Positions 18,666 to 27,926 of a stretch of DNA of 64,000 nt are shown here, one piece after another. The stretch is from an uncultured Bifidobacterium sp. (GTDB lineage Bacteria > Bacteroidota > Bacteroidia > AKYH767-A > OLB10), in assembly GCA_964534995.1 (NCBI GenBank), contig CAZHSC010000002.1, forward strand, positions 16,213 through 80,212, given 5' to 3'. The translations under genes and the position numbers were made by a program. Below the pieces are notes generated by a model that was not told the origin of the DNA, did not search any database, and worked only from the letters and a program-made list of their open reading frames with translations. Every line of letters begins with the position of its first letter. Positions within the stretch are counted from its first letter, which is position 1.

Positions 18666-19805
18666 TCAACTTTTACCCAACCAACCTTTACGCCAGAAAA
18701 AAAACAACTGCACCAATACCAGCAATAACATAAACGACATCACACCGATATAGCCATAGGGATGATACAATTCCGGCATATTCCACCTTAACTGTTCTCC
18801 GCTTACCGGGTCGGTATAGCCGAAATTCATACCGTACACCCCCACGATAAATGTCAGTGGAATGAATATGGTAGAAATAATTGTCAACACTTTCATTACC
18901 TGGTTGAGGCGGTTATTTACACTCGAAAGATAAATATCCATCAGGGATGCGGTAATTTCCTTATAACTTTCCACGAGGTCCATCACCTGGATGGTATGGT
19001 CATAGGTATCCCGGAAAAACAACTTCGTTTGATCGCCAATAAATTCGGAGGAAGTACGCAAGAGATCATTGACCTTATCCCTCTCGGCAAAAACCGTTCT
19101 TCTTAACACGATAAGTTCGCGTTTAATCACCTGAATTTTATGGAGTGAACTACGTGAAGGACTTACAAACAATTCGTCTTCGAGTTCATCCAGCCTTTCT
19201 CCAAAATGCTCCAGTAAAGGAAAGTAGGTGTCAACAATGGCATCCAGCAAGGCGTAGGTAAGGTAATCTGCCGTTGATGAACGGATATGGCCTTTGCCGG
19301 TCCGGATCCTGCTGCGGACAGTTTCAAAATGTTCATCATAATTTTCCTGTATGGTAATTACAATTTTGTCAATAAGGAAGAGTGCCAGTTGGTCATTACG
19401 CAGGCTGGAGCCCTCATTCATCTTCAGAAGGCGGGATACAACAAACAAATGGTCATCATATTCCTCCAACTTGGGACGCTGGTACGTATTGATGACGTCT
19501 TCCATTTCCAGCCGGTGTATCCCGAATTCATGGCAAAAATTTTCAAGGAGCGCCCTGTTACCAAAACCACGCAATTCCACCCAATGGATTAATCCCGGAC
19601 TGGCCTTAATCCTGTCTTTAATAACATCCAGAGAATCTGCAGGAACTTCCTGCAACACCTCGGTGTTAAAAGAAGTAATATACAATCTGGGACTCACGGC
19701 ATCCTCCGAAATAGAAATCATGCCCGGAGCAGCACCCGGTTGCGTGCGCTTATGCTTCCACATCCTGAGTTTTCCGGGAACGTTTTGAAGAGCGGCCCTT
19801 TTCAT
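18666..19805 (-). CDS. corA: Magnesium/cobalt transporter CorA
   Basis: YQRPKLEEY, DHTIQV, IFIPLTFIVGVYGMNF (GMN signature); start at MKRAAL. Confidence 0.93.
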   Translation of the reverse strand: MKRAALQNVPGKLRMWKHKRTQPGAAPGMISISEDAVSPRLYITSFNTEVLQEVPADSLDVIKDRIKASPGLIHWVELRGFGNRALLENFCHEFGIHRLEMEDVINTYQRPKLEEYDDHLFVVSRLLKMNEGSSLRNDQLALFLIDKIVITIQENYDEHFETVRSRIRTGKGHIRSSTADYLTYALLDAIVDTYFPLLEHFGERLDELEDELFVSPSRSSLHKIQVIKRELIVLRRTVFAERDKVNDLLRTSSEFIGDQTKLFFRDTYDHTIQVMDLVESYKEITASLMDIYLSSVNNRLNQVMKVLTIISTIFIPLTFIVGVYGMNFGYTDPVSGEQLRWNMPELYHPYGYIGVMSFMLLLVLVQLFFFWRKGWLGKS

Positions 19806-20103
19806 TAAAGGCAAAATTAGTCTGAATACTGTATGATCAGAAAAAGCGAGCCATCTATTACAAGAAAGAAATAAAAATGCGGGTTTCCTGACCATTAAAT
19901 CGGTAATATTGAGGCTTCGGGAAGCCCCCTTTAATAATTTTGCATTAAACTGAGATTAAAGCGATTGACACGAAAACAATGTACCTGCCCTTGCAAAAGA
20001 TCCTGATAACAATAACAGTTAAAAAATCATCCGGGACCCTCCTGATTCAAAATGATTTAATTATAAAGCCATTTACCCATTATTCAATCCCTGTATCAGC
20101 CAT

Positions 20104-20841
20104 ATGTCAATAAAAACAACCTGGTTTGAAGAATGGTTTGATTCGCCCTATTACCATTTACTTTACAAGGACAGGGATATCCATGAAGCCAGTCGTTTTT
20201 TAGATATGCTTTTACAAAGAGTACATATACCGGCAGGTAGCCGTGTGTCGGATCTTGCCTGTGGAAAAGGCAGGCACTCCACTTATCTCTTTCAGCAGGG
20301 TTATGATGTTACGGGTATTGATTTAAGCGCAGAAAACATCCATTACTGCCTACAATTTGAAAATAAATCACTGAGATTCTACCAGCATGATATGCGCCAT
20401 ATTTTCAGGGTGAATTATTTTGATGCCGTTTTCAATTTATTTACCAGCTTCGGTTATTTTGATAGTGACCATGAAAATGAAAAAGTAGTCAGGGCTGCTG
20501 CTTCGAGTCTTACCAAAGGCGGCTACTTCATACTTGATTTTCTAAATATTCACTTCGCGTTAAAAGAGCTTGTGCCCTATGAAAAGAAAATCATAGATGG
20601 TATTTGCTTTGAAATAAGCAAAAAAGTTGAAAATGGAAAACTAATTAAAAATATTGCCATACATGCTCCTGAAGGATTATTAAACTTCAGGGAAGAAGTA
20701 CGTATTCTGTACGCTGAAGATTTTCACAGGTTTTTTGCACATTCCGGACTAACGGTTCTTGAAACCTACGGTAATTACAAGCTATCAGCTTTCCATCCGG
20801 AATCATCACAACGGCTTATATTTGTAACCAGGAAACTCTGA
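20104..20841 (+). CDS. Class I SAM-dependent methyltransferase
   Basis: WFDSPYYHLLY, DLACGKGRHS motif I, GIDLS, NLFTSFGYF. Confidence 0.88.
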   Translation: MSIKTTWFEEWFDSPYYHLLYKDRDIHEASRFLDMLLQRVHIPAGSRVSDLACGKGRHSTYLFQQGYDVTGIDLSAENIHYCLQFENKSLRFYQHDMRHIFRVNYFDAVFNLFTSFGYFDSDHENEKVVRAAASSLTKGGYFILDFLNIHFALKELVPYEKKIIDGICFEISKKVENGKLIKNIAIHAPEGLLNFREEVRILYAEDFHRFFAHSGLTVLETYGNYKLSAFHPESSQRLIFVTRKL

Positions 20842-20845
20842 TCAT

Positions 20846-21577
20846 ATGCCTTCCATCGACCTGATTCTTCTTTTTGGTACTGTCATTTTAAGTGGCGGCA
20901 TTTTCTTTTTTATCGGGAAGACTTCGCACCGCTTTTTAAAACTGCTTTTATCATTTTCGGGTGCCTTCCTGTTTGCCATCAGTGTATTGCATCTTATGCC
21001 GGAAGTATACAGCAACAGTGGCGCCTCTATTGGTGTGTGGATCATGGTAGGATTTTTAATCCAGATCCTGCTTGAACTTTTTTCGGAGGGTATTGAGCAC
21101 GGACACATACATATTCATAAAAGAGCTAAAAATTCTTTTCCTGCCACCATGATGATCAGTCTTTCACTGCACAGTTTTTTAGAAGGGATACCTCTTAGCT
21201 TTGTGATCAGTGAAGACCATAATCACAGTCACTCCCACTCCCTGTTATATGGAATTATCATGCACCATATACCGGTTGCTTTCGCGCTCATGAGTATGTT
21301 AACCTCATCCGGAATAAGCAAAAAAGCATCCTTCCTGTTTCTTATCCTTTTTGCTGCCATGGCTCCAATGGGAGCCTTTACCGGCATTTTTTTACATGAT
21401 AGTTCAATAAGCGAAATAGCTGCTACCTATGATAAAATCATGGCCATTGTTATTGGAATATTTCTTCATATAAGCACTACCATTTTGTTTGAGTCGGGCG
21501 CGGACCACCGCTTTAATATATACAAGCTGATTGCCATTGTAACAGGAGGGATCATCGGATTCCTCAGTTTCCTCTGA
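20846..21577 (+). CDS. ZIP family metal transporter
   Basis: His-rich loop EHGHIHIH; LHSFLEG and HHIPV metal-binding helices. Confidence 0.88.
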   Translation: MPSIDLILLFGTVILSGGIFFFIGKTSHRFLKLLLSFSGAFLFAISVLHLMPEVYSNSGASIGVWIMVGFLIQILLELFSEGIEHGHIHIHKRAKNSFPATMMISLSLHSFLEGIPLSFVISEDHNHSHSHSLLYGIIMHHIPVAFALMSMLTSSGISKKASFLFLILFAAMAPMGAFTGIFLHDSSISEIAATYDKIMAIVIGIFLHISTTILFESGADHRFNIYKLIAIVTGGIIGFLSFL

Positions 21578-21745
21578 AGGAAAGCGTCTTCTCGTTAATC
21601 TACTGGCTTTCAGTTTTATACTGTATGAATTATTCTCATTTCAAAAAATCCGTTTACCGGAAAAGGCCCTTACAATTATACAAAGCGACAAATTCGAACA
21701 TAATTACTATTTTAGACAAATCTGCGAAACCAAACCTTATTTAAC

Positions 21746-23587
21746 ATGAAAAAAATTATACACCTATTCATCTGTGTCACGGCTTCAATAAGCATGCAGG
21801 CACAAACATCAGGAGGACCTGATTTATATGGAAATATCTGGAAAGACAGCAACGACCCCAACGGTCCGGTATTCAATTGGATTGACGTCACCAATTCGGC
21901 CAATTCGGTAGAGGTATCAGGCCTTTCAGATGACAACACGGTAGGCCCCTTCTTTTTACCTGCGCCCTTTCAGTATTATTGGTATACGGTTGACCGCTTC
22001 TGGATCGGCTCCAATGGTTATATCATTTTCCAAAACGCGTCATTTGCGCATCCCTTCCCAATAATTCCAACACCGGATCCCACAAAAAATAATTTTCTGG
22101 CGCCTATGATGACCGATCTGAATTTAGATAAAACAGGAACGGCCACCGGCAATCCGGCCAGTTGTTATTATTGGACCAGCACCAACCAGGATTCGGTGAT
22201 TGTTGCCTGGGACAGTGTTCCCTTCTGGACTTCGGGTAATCCGAGTTATTCCGGAGAAAATACTTTCCAGATTATTTTAAGTTATGCGGACAGTACCATT
22301 ACCTTTCAATACCTCACCCAACTCGGTTCCAGTGTATCCACCACTTCTTTTTGTACCGTTGGAATTGAAAACGTTTCAGGAAATGACGGACTGATGTGGA
22401 ACCAGAATCTTTATCCTCCTACTCAATACGCTATTAAATTCTACCCGCCCGCATCCACTACACAGCAGATCAATGATGTGGGTACTTCCTACGCAGGAAA
22501 TTCAGAATCAGCGGCATTATTTCTATCTAAAAACCTGACAGGCTCCTATTATCTGAACTCCGAAGTTGTCAATACCGGCAATACGGTTGCTGTGCCCTTT
22601 AATGTGAGCGGTGTGGTACGCGCTTCACCAAGCAATGCCCTACAGGTTACCAATACTGTACTTACCGATACCTTACAACCCGGACAAACGCAGGCCTTAA
22701 ATATGCCAAATCCCTTCATACCGGTAAGCGCGGGCACCTTCCGTTTTATCAATACCACCACCTTACCCGGAGATGCAGCCGCCAGCAATAACATTAAAAC
22801 GCAGGAATTACAAGTGGTGGATACCACTTTAAACGAAATCGTTCTTTCGTATGACAACGGTGTTGCTGCAGCCACCGGTATTTCATGGAACGGAGGTGAC
22901 GGTGGATGTATGAATTATTTCATTCCGCCATTTTACCCTTGTGATATCAGTAAGGTAGCCGCCTACATTGTAACAGATCCAAACGGCTTTGGTTATACCA
23001 TGAAAGTATTAGATGACGATGGTCCCAACGGCACGCCGGGTTCACTCCTGGATTCGCTTTTTATCGCGCCCGGAACTTTCACAGCTGGAACTTATGTTAC
23101 TTCGGTACTCAATCAGTTGATTCGTATTGACAGTGGCGGTTTCTATGTATTATGGGGTATGGGTGGCGATGGTGTCGCGTTGGGTCAGGACCAGGTAGCC
23201 CCCTTCAGCAACCGCACATTTGAAGTATTAGGCGGTGTACCTTCTGAATACCGATACAGGGATATTGAAGATTTAATGATCCGTGCAGTTATCACACGCG
23301 TAGGAGCTGGCATAGATGAGGAACTGACTTCAGAAGGTATCGGACAATTTTACCCCAATCCGGCAACAGATGTGGCAAGTATCAATATTGACGCAAGTAT
23401 CATTCGCGCAGATCAGTTGCTTGTACAACTCTTTGATATTACCGGAAAGTTGGTGAGAAGCGAACGTGCAGGCATCACGAATGGCCGGATGGATATTTCC
23501 GTTCATAAACTTGAAGGCGGAATATACACTGCCCGGTTCATTGCGAACAACAAAGAATACAGCAGAAAACTGAATGTAATCCGATAA
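21746..23587 (+). CDS. T9SS type-A CTD secreted protein of unknown function
   Basis: Signal peptide, GGPDLYGNIWKDSNDPNGPVFNWID N-terminal module, C-terminal FYPNPA…RKLNVIR. Confidence 0.85.
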   Translation: MKKIIHLFICVTASISMQAQTSGGPDLYGNIWKDSNDPNGPVFNWIDVTNSANSVEVSGLSDDNTVGPFFLPAPFQYYWYTVDRFWIGSNGYIIFQNASFAHPFPIIPTPDPTKNNFLAPMMTDLNLDKTGTATGNPASCYYWTSTNQDSVIVAWDSVPFWTSGNPSYSGENTFQIILSYADSTITFQYLTQLGSSVSTTSFCTVGIENVSGNDGLMWNQNLYPPTQYAIKFYPPASTTQQINDVGTSYAGNSESAALFLSKNLTGSYYLNSEVVNTGNTVAVPFNVSGVVRASPSNALQVTNTVLTDTLQPGQTQALNMPNPFIPVSAGTFRFINTTTLPGDAAASNNIKTQELQVVDTTLNEIVLSYDNGVAAATGISWNGGDGGCMNYFIPPFYPCDISKVAAYIVTDPNGFGYTMKVLDDDGPNGTPGSLLDSLFIAPGTFTAGTYVTSVLNQLIRIDSGGFYVLWGMGGDGVALGQDQVAPFSNRTFEVLGGVPSEYRYRDIEDLMIRAVITRVGAGIDEELTSEGIGQFYPNPATDVASINIDASIIRADQLLVQLFDITGKLVRSERAGITNGRMDISVHKLEGGIYTARFIANNKEYSRKLNVIR

Positions 23588-23602
23588 GCCAATCAGGCTA
23601 AA

Positions 23603-23640
23603 GAGAGGCTGGCGGTATTCAACCACCAGCCTCTTTTATT
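23603..23640 (+). terminator. Intrinsic terminator (possibly bidirectional)
   Basis: GAGGCTGGCGGT-ATTCA-ACCACCAGCCTC followed by TTTTATT, between convergent genes. Confidence 0.8.
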
Positions 23641-23723
23641 ATCCCCTTTATAACGAAGGATAACATTATTAAAGAACAGGGCCGGACCGCGCAGGTGCCC
23701 GGAAAAGTCTCCATTCTCCTCCT

Positions 23724-25550
23724 TTATTGATTCAAGGACCTGTACAGCACATCTACCTGCAGAGATGAAATGGATTTAAGTTCCTTTTCTGAGGTAAGGC
23801 TGCCGTAAACAGATCTGAATATCAACTTACATTCAAAATTCTCATTCCCCGCTTTCAACATCATTTTTTCAGCTGGTACATTAAAAATTTCAAGAGCGTA
23901 ATCATTCGCTATACTTCTGATCATTTCCCTCAAGGGTATCCTTAGTTCGCTGCCATCTTTGTTCTTAAGCATCAGTGCATTATCCTCTTCTATAAAATCC
24001 ATCAACACAAAAGCACTTGTATCAAATGCCACCTTCCGTTCACTGTTATCCCCTTTGCCATAGAAATCAAACTTGAAAAGTACATCATAACCCTTAATAT
24101 CCAGGGCGGTACCGTACACCTCATTGGCGAACTGGAAATTCCCTGTATCCCCTGGTGACTGAAAGCGGACATCCACATACTCCAGGTTAAGATGTTCCAT
24201 CAATTTCATAACTACCATATAACGGCCTTGTTTTTCACTGATTGAATCCAGGTCTATATCCACATATGGCTGTAAACTTCCCACTCCATGTACAGAGATC
24301 AGATAGTCAACCAATGCACTCATCTTCATTTGTTCGACGGTAGTGACCATTTTGTTATCCTTAACCGCTACCATTTTTTCGTTTCGGATCATATCATTGT
24401 CAAGCAGCAATGCATGCAGGCGATGCCACTGATCGGACTTACTGACTGTAAAAGCATTCCAGGGGCTATAACCAGAGAAAAGAGCCGCAAAGAAAAGAGA
24501 CATGGGAATTACTTTAATATTCTTTATTCTGCTCAGCAGAAAATACACCGTATTCCCCAACAACCAAATTGCGAGAACTATTATGAAATAGCGGTTTTCT
24601 GTAATGCCGTACTCCCTGACACGAATATAAATTGAAAAAAAGAACAGTAAAATCAAAGGAAACAAAGCGATAAAGAAACCTTTCGTATATACTTTTATCC
24701 ATGTAAATTTACTGTCATTCCTCAGTGGCCATATCAATAAAAGCGCAAGAATACCGGCAGTAGAGAACCCAATAATCAGATAGGACACCCAGCCCCTTGG
24801 CCAATCCATCGTAATCAGAATTTTAAATCCATAAATGTATAGGATCAGGAGGTAAACGGTTACAAGCGGCAGCAAAACAAACTGCGTAAATTTCCTCAGT
24901 CCGCCCGGATAATCCAGTCTTTCTTCCAGCGTATGTATATCAACGGGTACTCCCGAAAGAAAAAACCAGGTATTAAAAACCGTAGCGATAAAAATAAACA
25001 AGCGGGGGTAGGTCTTATCATGAACCGACACCTCGAAAAGATTGTCTATTGCAAGAATCGCGAGCGCAAGCCCCGCAAAGAGAACAGCCGAATACAAAAC
25101 AGCAGTAAGCATCTGCAGGAAAAGGGACTTATTATATTGCCAGAAACCCTGTACTTCAGGATTCACCAGGTAAGGCAGGAAAGATACAGCCAGGTGCACA
25201 CTGAGGAATAAGAGGCAAAACCTGGCAATATCAATCTGTGTGAATGCAGCCGGTAAATACTTAAAATAAGCAGAAAAAGCTATAATAAAAAAGATATTCA
25301 GTAACCAAACGGAGCGAGTTTTGATATAATATCTTTCACAAAAAACAACCAGTCCTGTAAACAAAGGCAAGGCCAGCGAACAGGTAAGCACAAAATGCAG
25401 GCTGGTAATAAAACCTTCCTCCTTTTCATTCATGTCTACCATGTTGATGAGTACCAGACCTGCCGCGAAAGCGCAAAGCAGCGGGAGGGGAAAACGCCTG
25501 AGTGTGTCACCGGCTTTCACACCGATTTGAGTAAGGGAGTTGAATTTCAT
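23724..25550 (-). CDS. DUF4153-domain membrane protein
   Basis: Starts RRFPLPLL; FWQYNKSLF, VLLPLVTVYLLILYIY, RVREYGITENRY motifs; about 10 TM helices. Confidence 0.8.
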   Translation of the reverse strand: MKFNSLTQIGVKAGDTLRRFPLPLLCAFAAGLVLINMVDMNEKEEGFITSLHFVLTCSLALPLFTGLVVFCERYYIKTRSVWLLNIFFIIAFSAYFKYLPAAFTQIDIARFCLLFLSVHLAVSFLPYLVNPEVQGFWQYNKSLFLQMLTAVLYSAVLFAGLALAILAIDNLFEVSVHDKTYPRLFIFIATVFNTWFFLSGVPVDIHTLEERLDYPGGLRKFTQFVLLPLVTVYLLILYIYGFKILITMDWPRGWVSYLIIGFSTAGILALLLIWPLRNDSKFTWIKVYTKGFFIALFPLILLFFFSIYIRVREYGITENRYFIIVLAIWLLGNTVYFLLSRIKNIKVIPMSLFFAALFSGYSPWNAFTVSKSDQWHRLHALLLDNDMIRNEKMVAVKDNKMVTTVEQMKMSALVDYLISVHGVGSLQPYVDIDLDSISEKQGRYMVVMKLMEHLNLEYVDVRFQSPGDTGNFQFANEVYGTALDIKGYDVLFKFDFYGKGDNSERKVAFDTSAFVLMDFIEEDNALMLKNKDGSELRIPLREMIRSIANDYALEIFNVPAEKMMLKAGNENFECKLIFRSVYGSLTSEKELKSISSLQVDVLYRSLNQ

Positions 25551-25609
25551 AGGTATCTGTTCATTTGAGAAATAAAGCCAGGAGCAGTATTGTATCTGTA
25601 AACATAACG

Positions 25610-25617
25610 TAAATTTG
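25610..25617 (+). promoter_or_regulatory. -7 box (TAAATTTG) immediately before the hslR start
   Basis: Exact TAnnTTTG ending 1 nt before the ATG at 25619. Confidence 0.55.
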
Positions 25618-25618
25618 C

Positions 25619-26014
25619 ATGGTGACAGTATCTATCCACAAAGTAAGAATTGACAAATTTCTGTGGGCCATCAGGCTTTTTAAAACCCGCCAGCTGGCAG
25701 CCGAAGCCTGTGAAAAGGGCCGGGTGAAGATAGCTGATGTGGCTGTAAAAGCAAGCCGGCCCGTCAAGCCGGATGAGAAAATTATCATTCACCGCGGTCC
25801 CTGGTATCAACATGTAAAAGTAAATAGCATCACTGAAAGAAGAATGTCGGCTAGCCTCGTTAAAGATTATTATGACGACGTCACACCAGCGGAAGAACTG
25901 GAAAGGTTAAGACTCCACCAGGCAGCACTCGCGGCCTGGGATATCAAAAGAGGAACCGGCAGACCTACCAAAAAGGACAGAAGGCAAATGGAAGATTTTT
26001 TAGGAGACTGGTAA
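25619..26014 (+). CDS. hslR: Ribosome-associated heat shock protein Hsp15 (S4 domain)
   Basis: RIDKFLWAIRLFKTRQLAAEAC and GRPTKKDRR. Confidence 0.9.
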   Translation: MVTVSIHKVRIDKFLWAIRLFKTRQLAAEACEKGRVKIADVAVKASRPVKPDEKIIIHRGPWYQHVKVNSITERRMSASLVKDYYDDVTPAEELERLRLHQAALAAWDIKRGTGRPTKKDRRQMEDFLGDW

Positions 26015-26101
26015 AACACGCAGCCCCCCTTTTTATACTTACCCCGGCAAATTACTTTCAGGTTAAACAATGAATATATTAAATATCCGGTTCTCTTTTA
26101 C

Positions 26102-27103
26102 ATGACACCCGCTGTAAGTATTCTGCTGCCTTTTTGCAATGAAGGTATTTGGCTGGATGAAGCCATTAGCAGTATACGTCAACAAACGTTCAAGGACTGG
26201 GAGTTATTGCTTATAAGCAATAAATTTCACAGGGAAAGCTATGCCATTGCAGAAAAACACAAATACAATGACCGCAGGATTGTTTTGTTTGAAGAACGGG
26301 AAGCAGGAATCGCGCATGCCCTCAATGCAGGACTTTGCATAGCGAAAGGTAAATACATTGCCAGGATGGATGCCGATGACCGGAGCCACCCCACGCGTAT
26401 CGAAAAACAATATACTTACCTCGAAAGCCATCCCGCAGCAGACGTAGTAAGCACCCGTACTCAATTACATCCCGGCGGTGAGCAGGGCGAAGGATTCAGA
26501 TATTACATCAACTGGCAAAATTCAGTGATCAGCCCTGACGAACATGCACGCGTACGATTTATTGAATCCCCCCTGGCCCACCCCACGGTGATGTTCAGGA
26601 AATCACTTGTTGACGCTTTTGGCAATTACGATACGGGAGAAATTCCTGAAGATTACGATTTATGGTTGCGCTGGATGGAACATGGGGTCCCCTTTTATAA
26701 AATCCCGGAGTATCTGCATTACTGGCGGGACCATACCAACCGGCTCAGCAGAACATCCTCCCATTATACTTCTGAAAAATTCAACCAGGTTAAGTCAGCC
26801 TCTCTGAGCCGCTACATCCTGAAACATGCCGGGGGGCGAAAGATCGTTATATGCGGTGCCGGACGTCAGGTCAGGAAAAAGGCGCAAATGCTACTTGAGC
26901 ACTCCGTTGAAATTTTCGCTTATACCGATGTAAAAAAAAGAAATCTACAAGGGCTGCATTTTATTCCCGCGCTTGAAAATGAATTGTCAGCCGGTTACTT
27001 TTATGTCAGTTTTATTTCAGGCAGAGGGAAAAGTGATGAACTCCGTAATTTTCTTGGTTCAGGAAACTTAAAAGAGGGAACAGATTTTATCATCGCCGGC
27101 TAA
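26102..27103 (+). CDS. GT2 glycosyltransferase with C-terminal Rossmann-like domain (QTGAL/B3GNTL1-like)
   Basis: VSILLPFCNE, MDADD (DxD), AHPTVMFR, PEDYDLWLR; C-terminal IVICGAGRQ…AYTDV…LKEGTDF. Confidence 0.85.
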   Translation: MTPAVSILLPFCNEGIWLDEAISSIRQQTFKDWELLLISNKFHRESYAIAEKHKYNDRRIVLFEEREAGIAHALNAGLCIAKGKYIARMDADDRSHPTRIEKQYTYLESHPAADVVSTRTQLHPGGEQGEGFRYYINWQNSVISPDEHARVRFIESPLAHPTVMFRKSLVDAFGNYDTGEIPEDYDLWLRWMEHGVPFYKIPEYLHYWRDHTNRLSRTSSHYTSEKFNQVKSASLSRYILKHAGGRKIVICGAGRQVRKKAQMLLEHSVEIFAYTDVKKRNLQGLHFIPALENELSAGYFYVSFISGRGKSDELRNFLGSGNLKEGTDFIIAG

Positions 27104-27169
27104 AAGTAATTAAACATACCATGTGCAAAAGACCCGCATTGCGGTTCGTTTTCCACTAAAATTACCCTA

Positions 27170-27177
27170 TAGCTTTG
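27170..27177 (+). promoter_or_regulatory. -7 box (TAGCTTTG) for the porin-family gene
   Basis: Exact TAnnTTTG 25 nt before the ATG at 27203. Confidence 0.55.
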
Positions 27178-27202
27178 ATCCCTGGCGGAAGGGTCAGCTA
27201 CT

Positions 27203-27898
27203 ATGAAACGAATCGGCATTTTATTACTTTTTTGCAGTATCATGACGAATGCTCCTGCCCAGAAAAACACGGTACAATACGGTTTTCTGACTGGAGTTAG
27301 TTTTGTGAATCTGTATGGCAATCCATTCATTGAAACATTTCTCGAACCGGAAGCCAGGTTTACCGGAGGCCCTGCTATTTACTATCCATTCAGCAAGCAT
27401 TTCAGTGTAAGAAGCCATTTGTTTTTTGAATCCAAAGGTGCAGGTGGAATATTTCCCTTGTTTGATGAAGCCGGTGACCTGCTGGGTTTTTACAATGCGG
27501 ATATCAGCTATAAATATCTTACGGTACCTTGTCTGATTGATTATTTTTTCGGCAGGAGGTTAAAAGCCCACCTCACCGCAGGGCCTTTTATCGGAACTAT
27601 GCTGAGCCAGCGGACTACTTTTACCGAGCCGGTGAGTGGTGAAACCCTGAGTGAAAGGGGCACCTCCGATTATATTCCATGGGATGGTGGGCTCATTGTG
27701 GGTGGCGGTGCGAGATACGCGATCAATAAAAGAATCAACATCAGTTTAGAAGGCAGATTCAACATTGGAATGACCAATATTGTTTCTCGACCGGTATTAG
27801 GCAGCCTGACTATTTACACGCTTGCCACCCAGATACTGGCAGGCGTATATTATACACCGGGATACTATGCGGGAAAAGTCAGAGGAATTAATCCTTAA
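27203..27898 (+). CDS. Outer membrane beta-barrel (porin family, OMP_b-brl_2/PorT-like)
   Basis: Signal peptide; YLTVPCLI, GPFIGTML, EGRFNIGMTNI strands typical of Bacteroidota 8-strand barrels. Confidence 0.8.
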   Translation: MKRIGILLLFCSIMTNAPAQKNTVQYGFLTGVSFVNLYGNPFIETFLEPEARFTGGPAIYYPFSKHFSVRSHLFFESKGAGGIFPLFDEAGDLLGFYNADISYKYLTVPCLIDYFFGRRLKAHLTAGPFIGTMLSQRTTFTEPVSGETLSERGTSDYIPWDGGLIVGGGARYAINKRINISLEGRFNIGMTNIVSRPVLGSLTIYTLATQILAGVYYTPGYYAGKVRGINP

Positions 27899-27926
27899 AA
27901 AGTTTACATTCAAAAACAATATTTAC

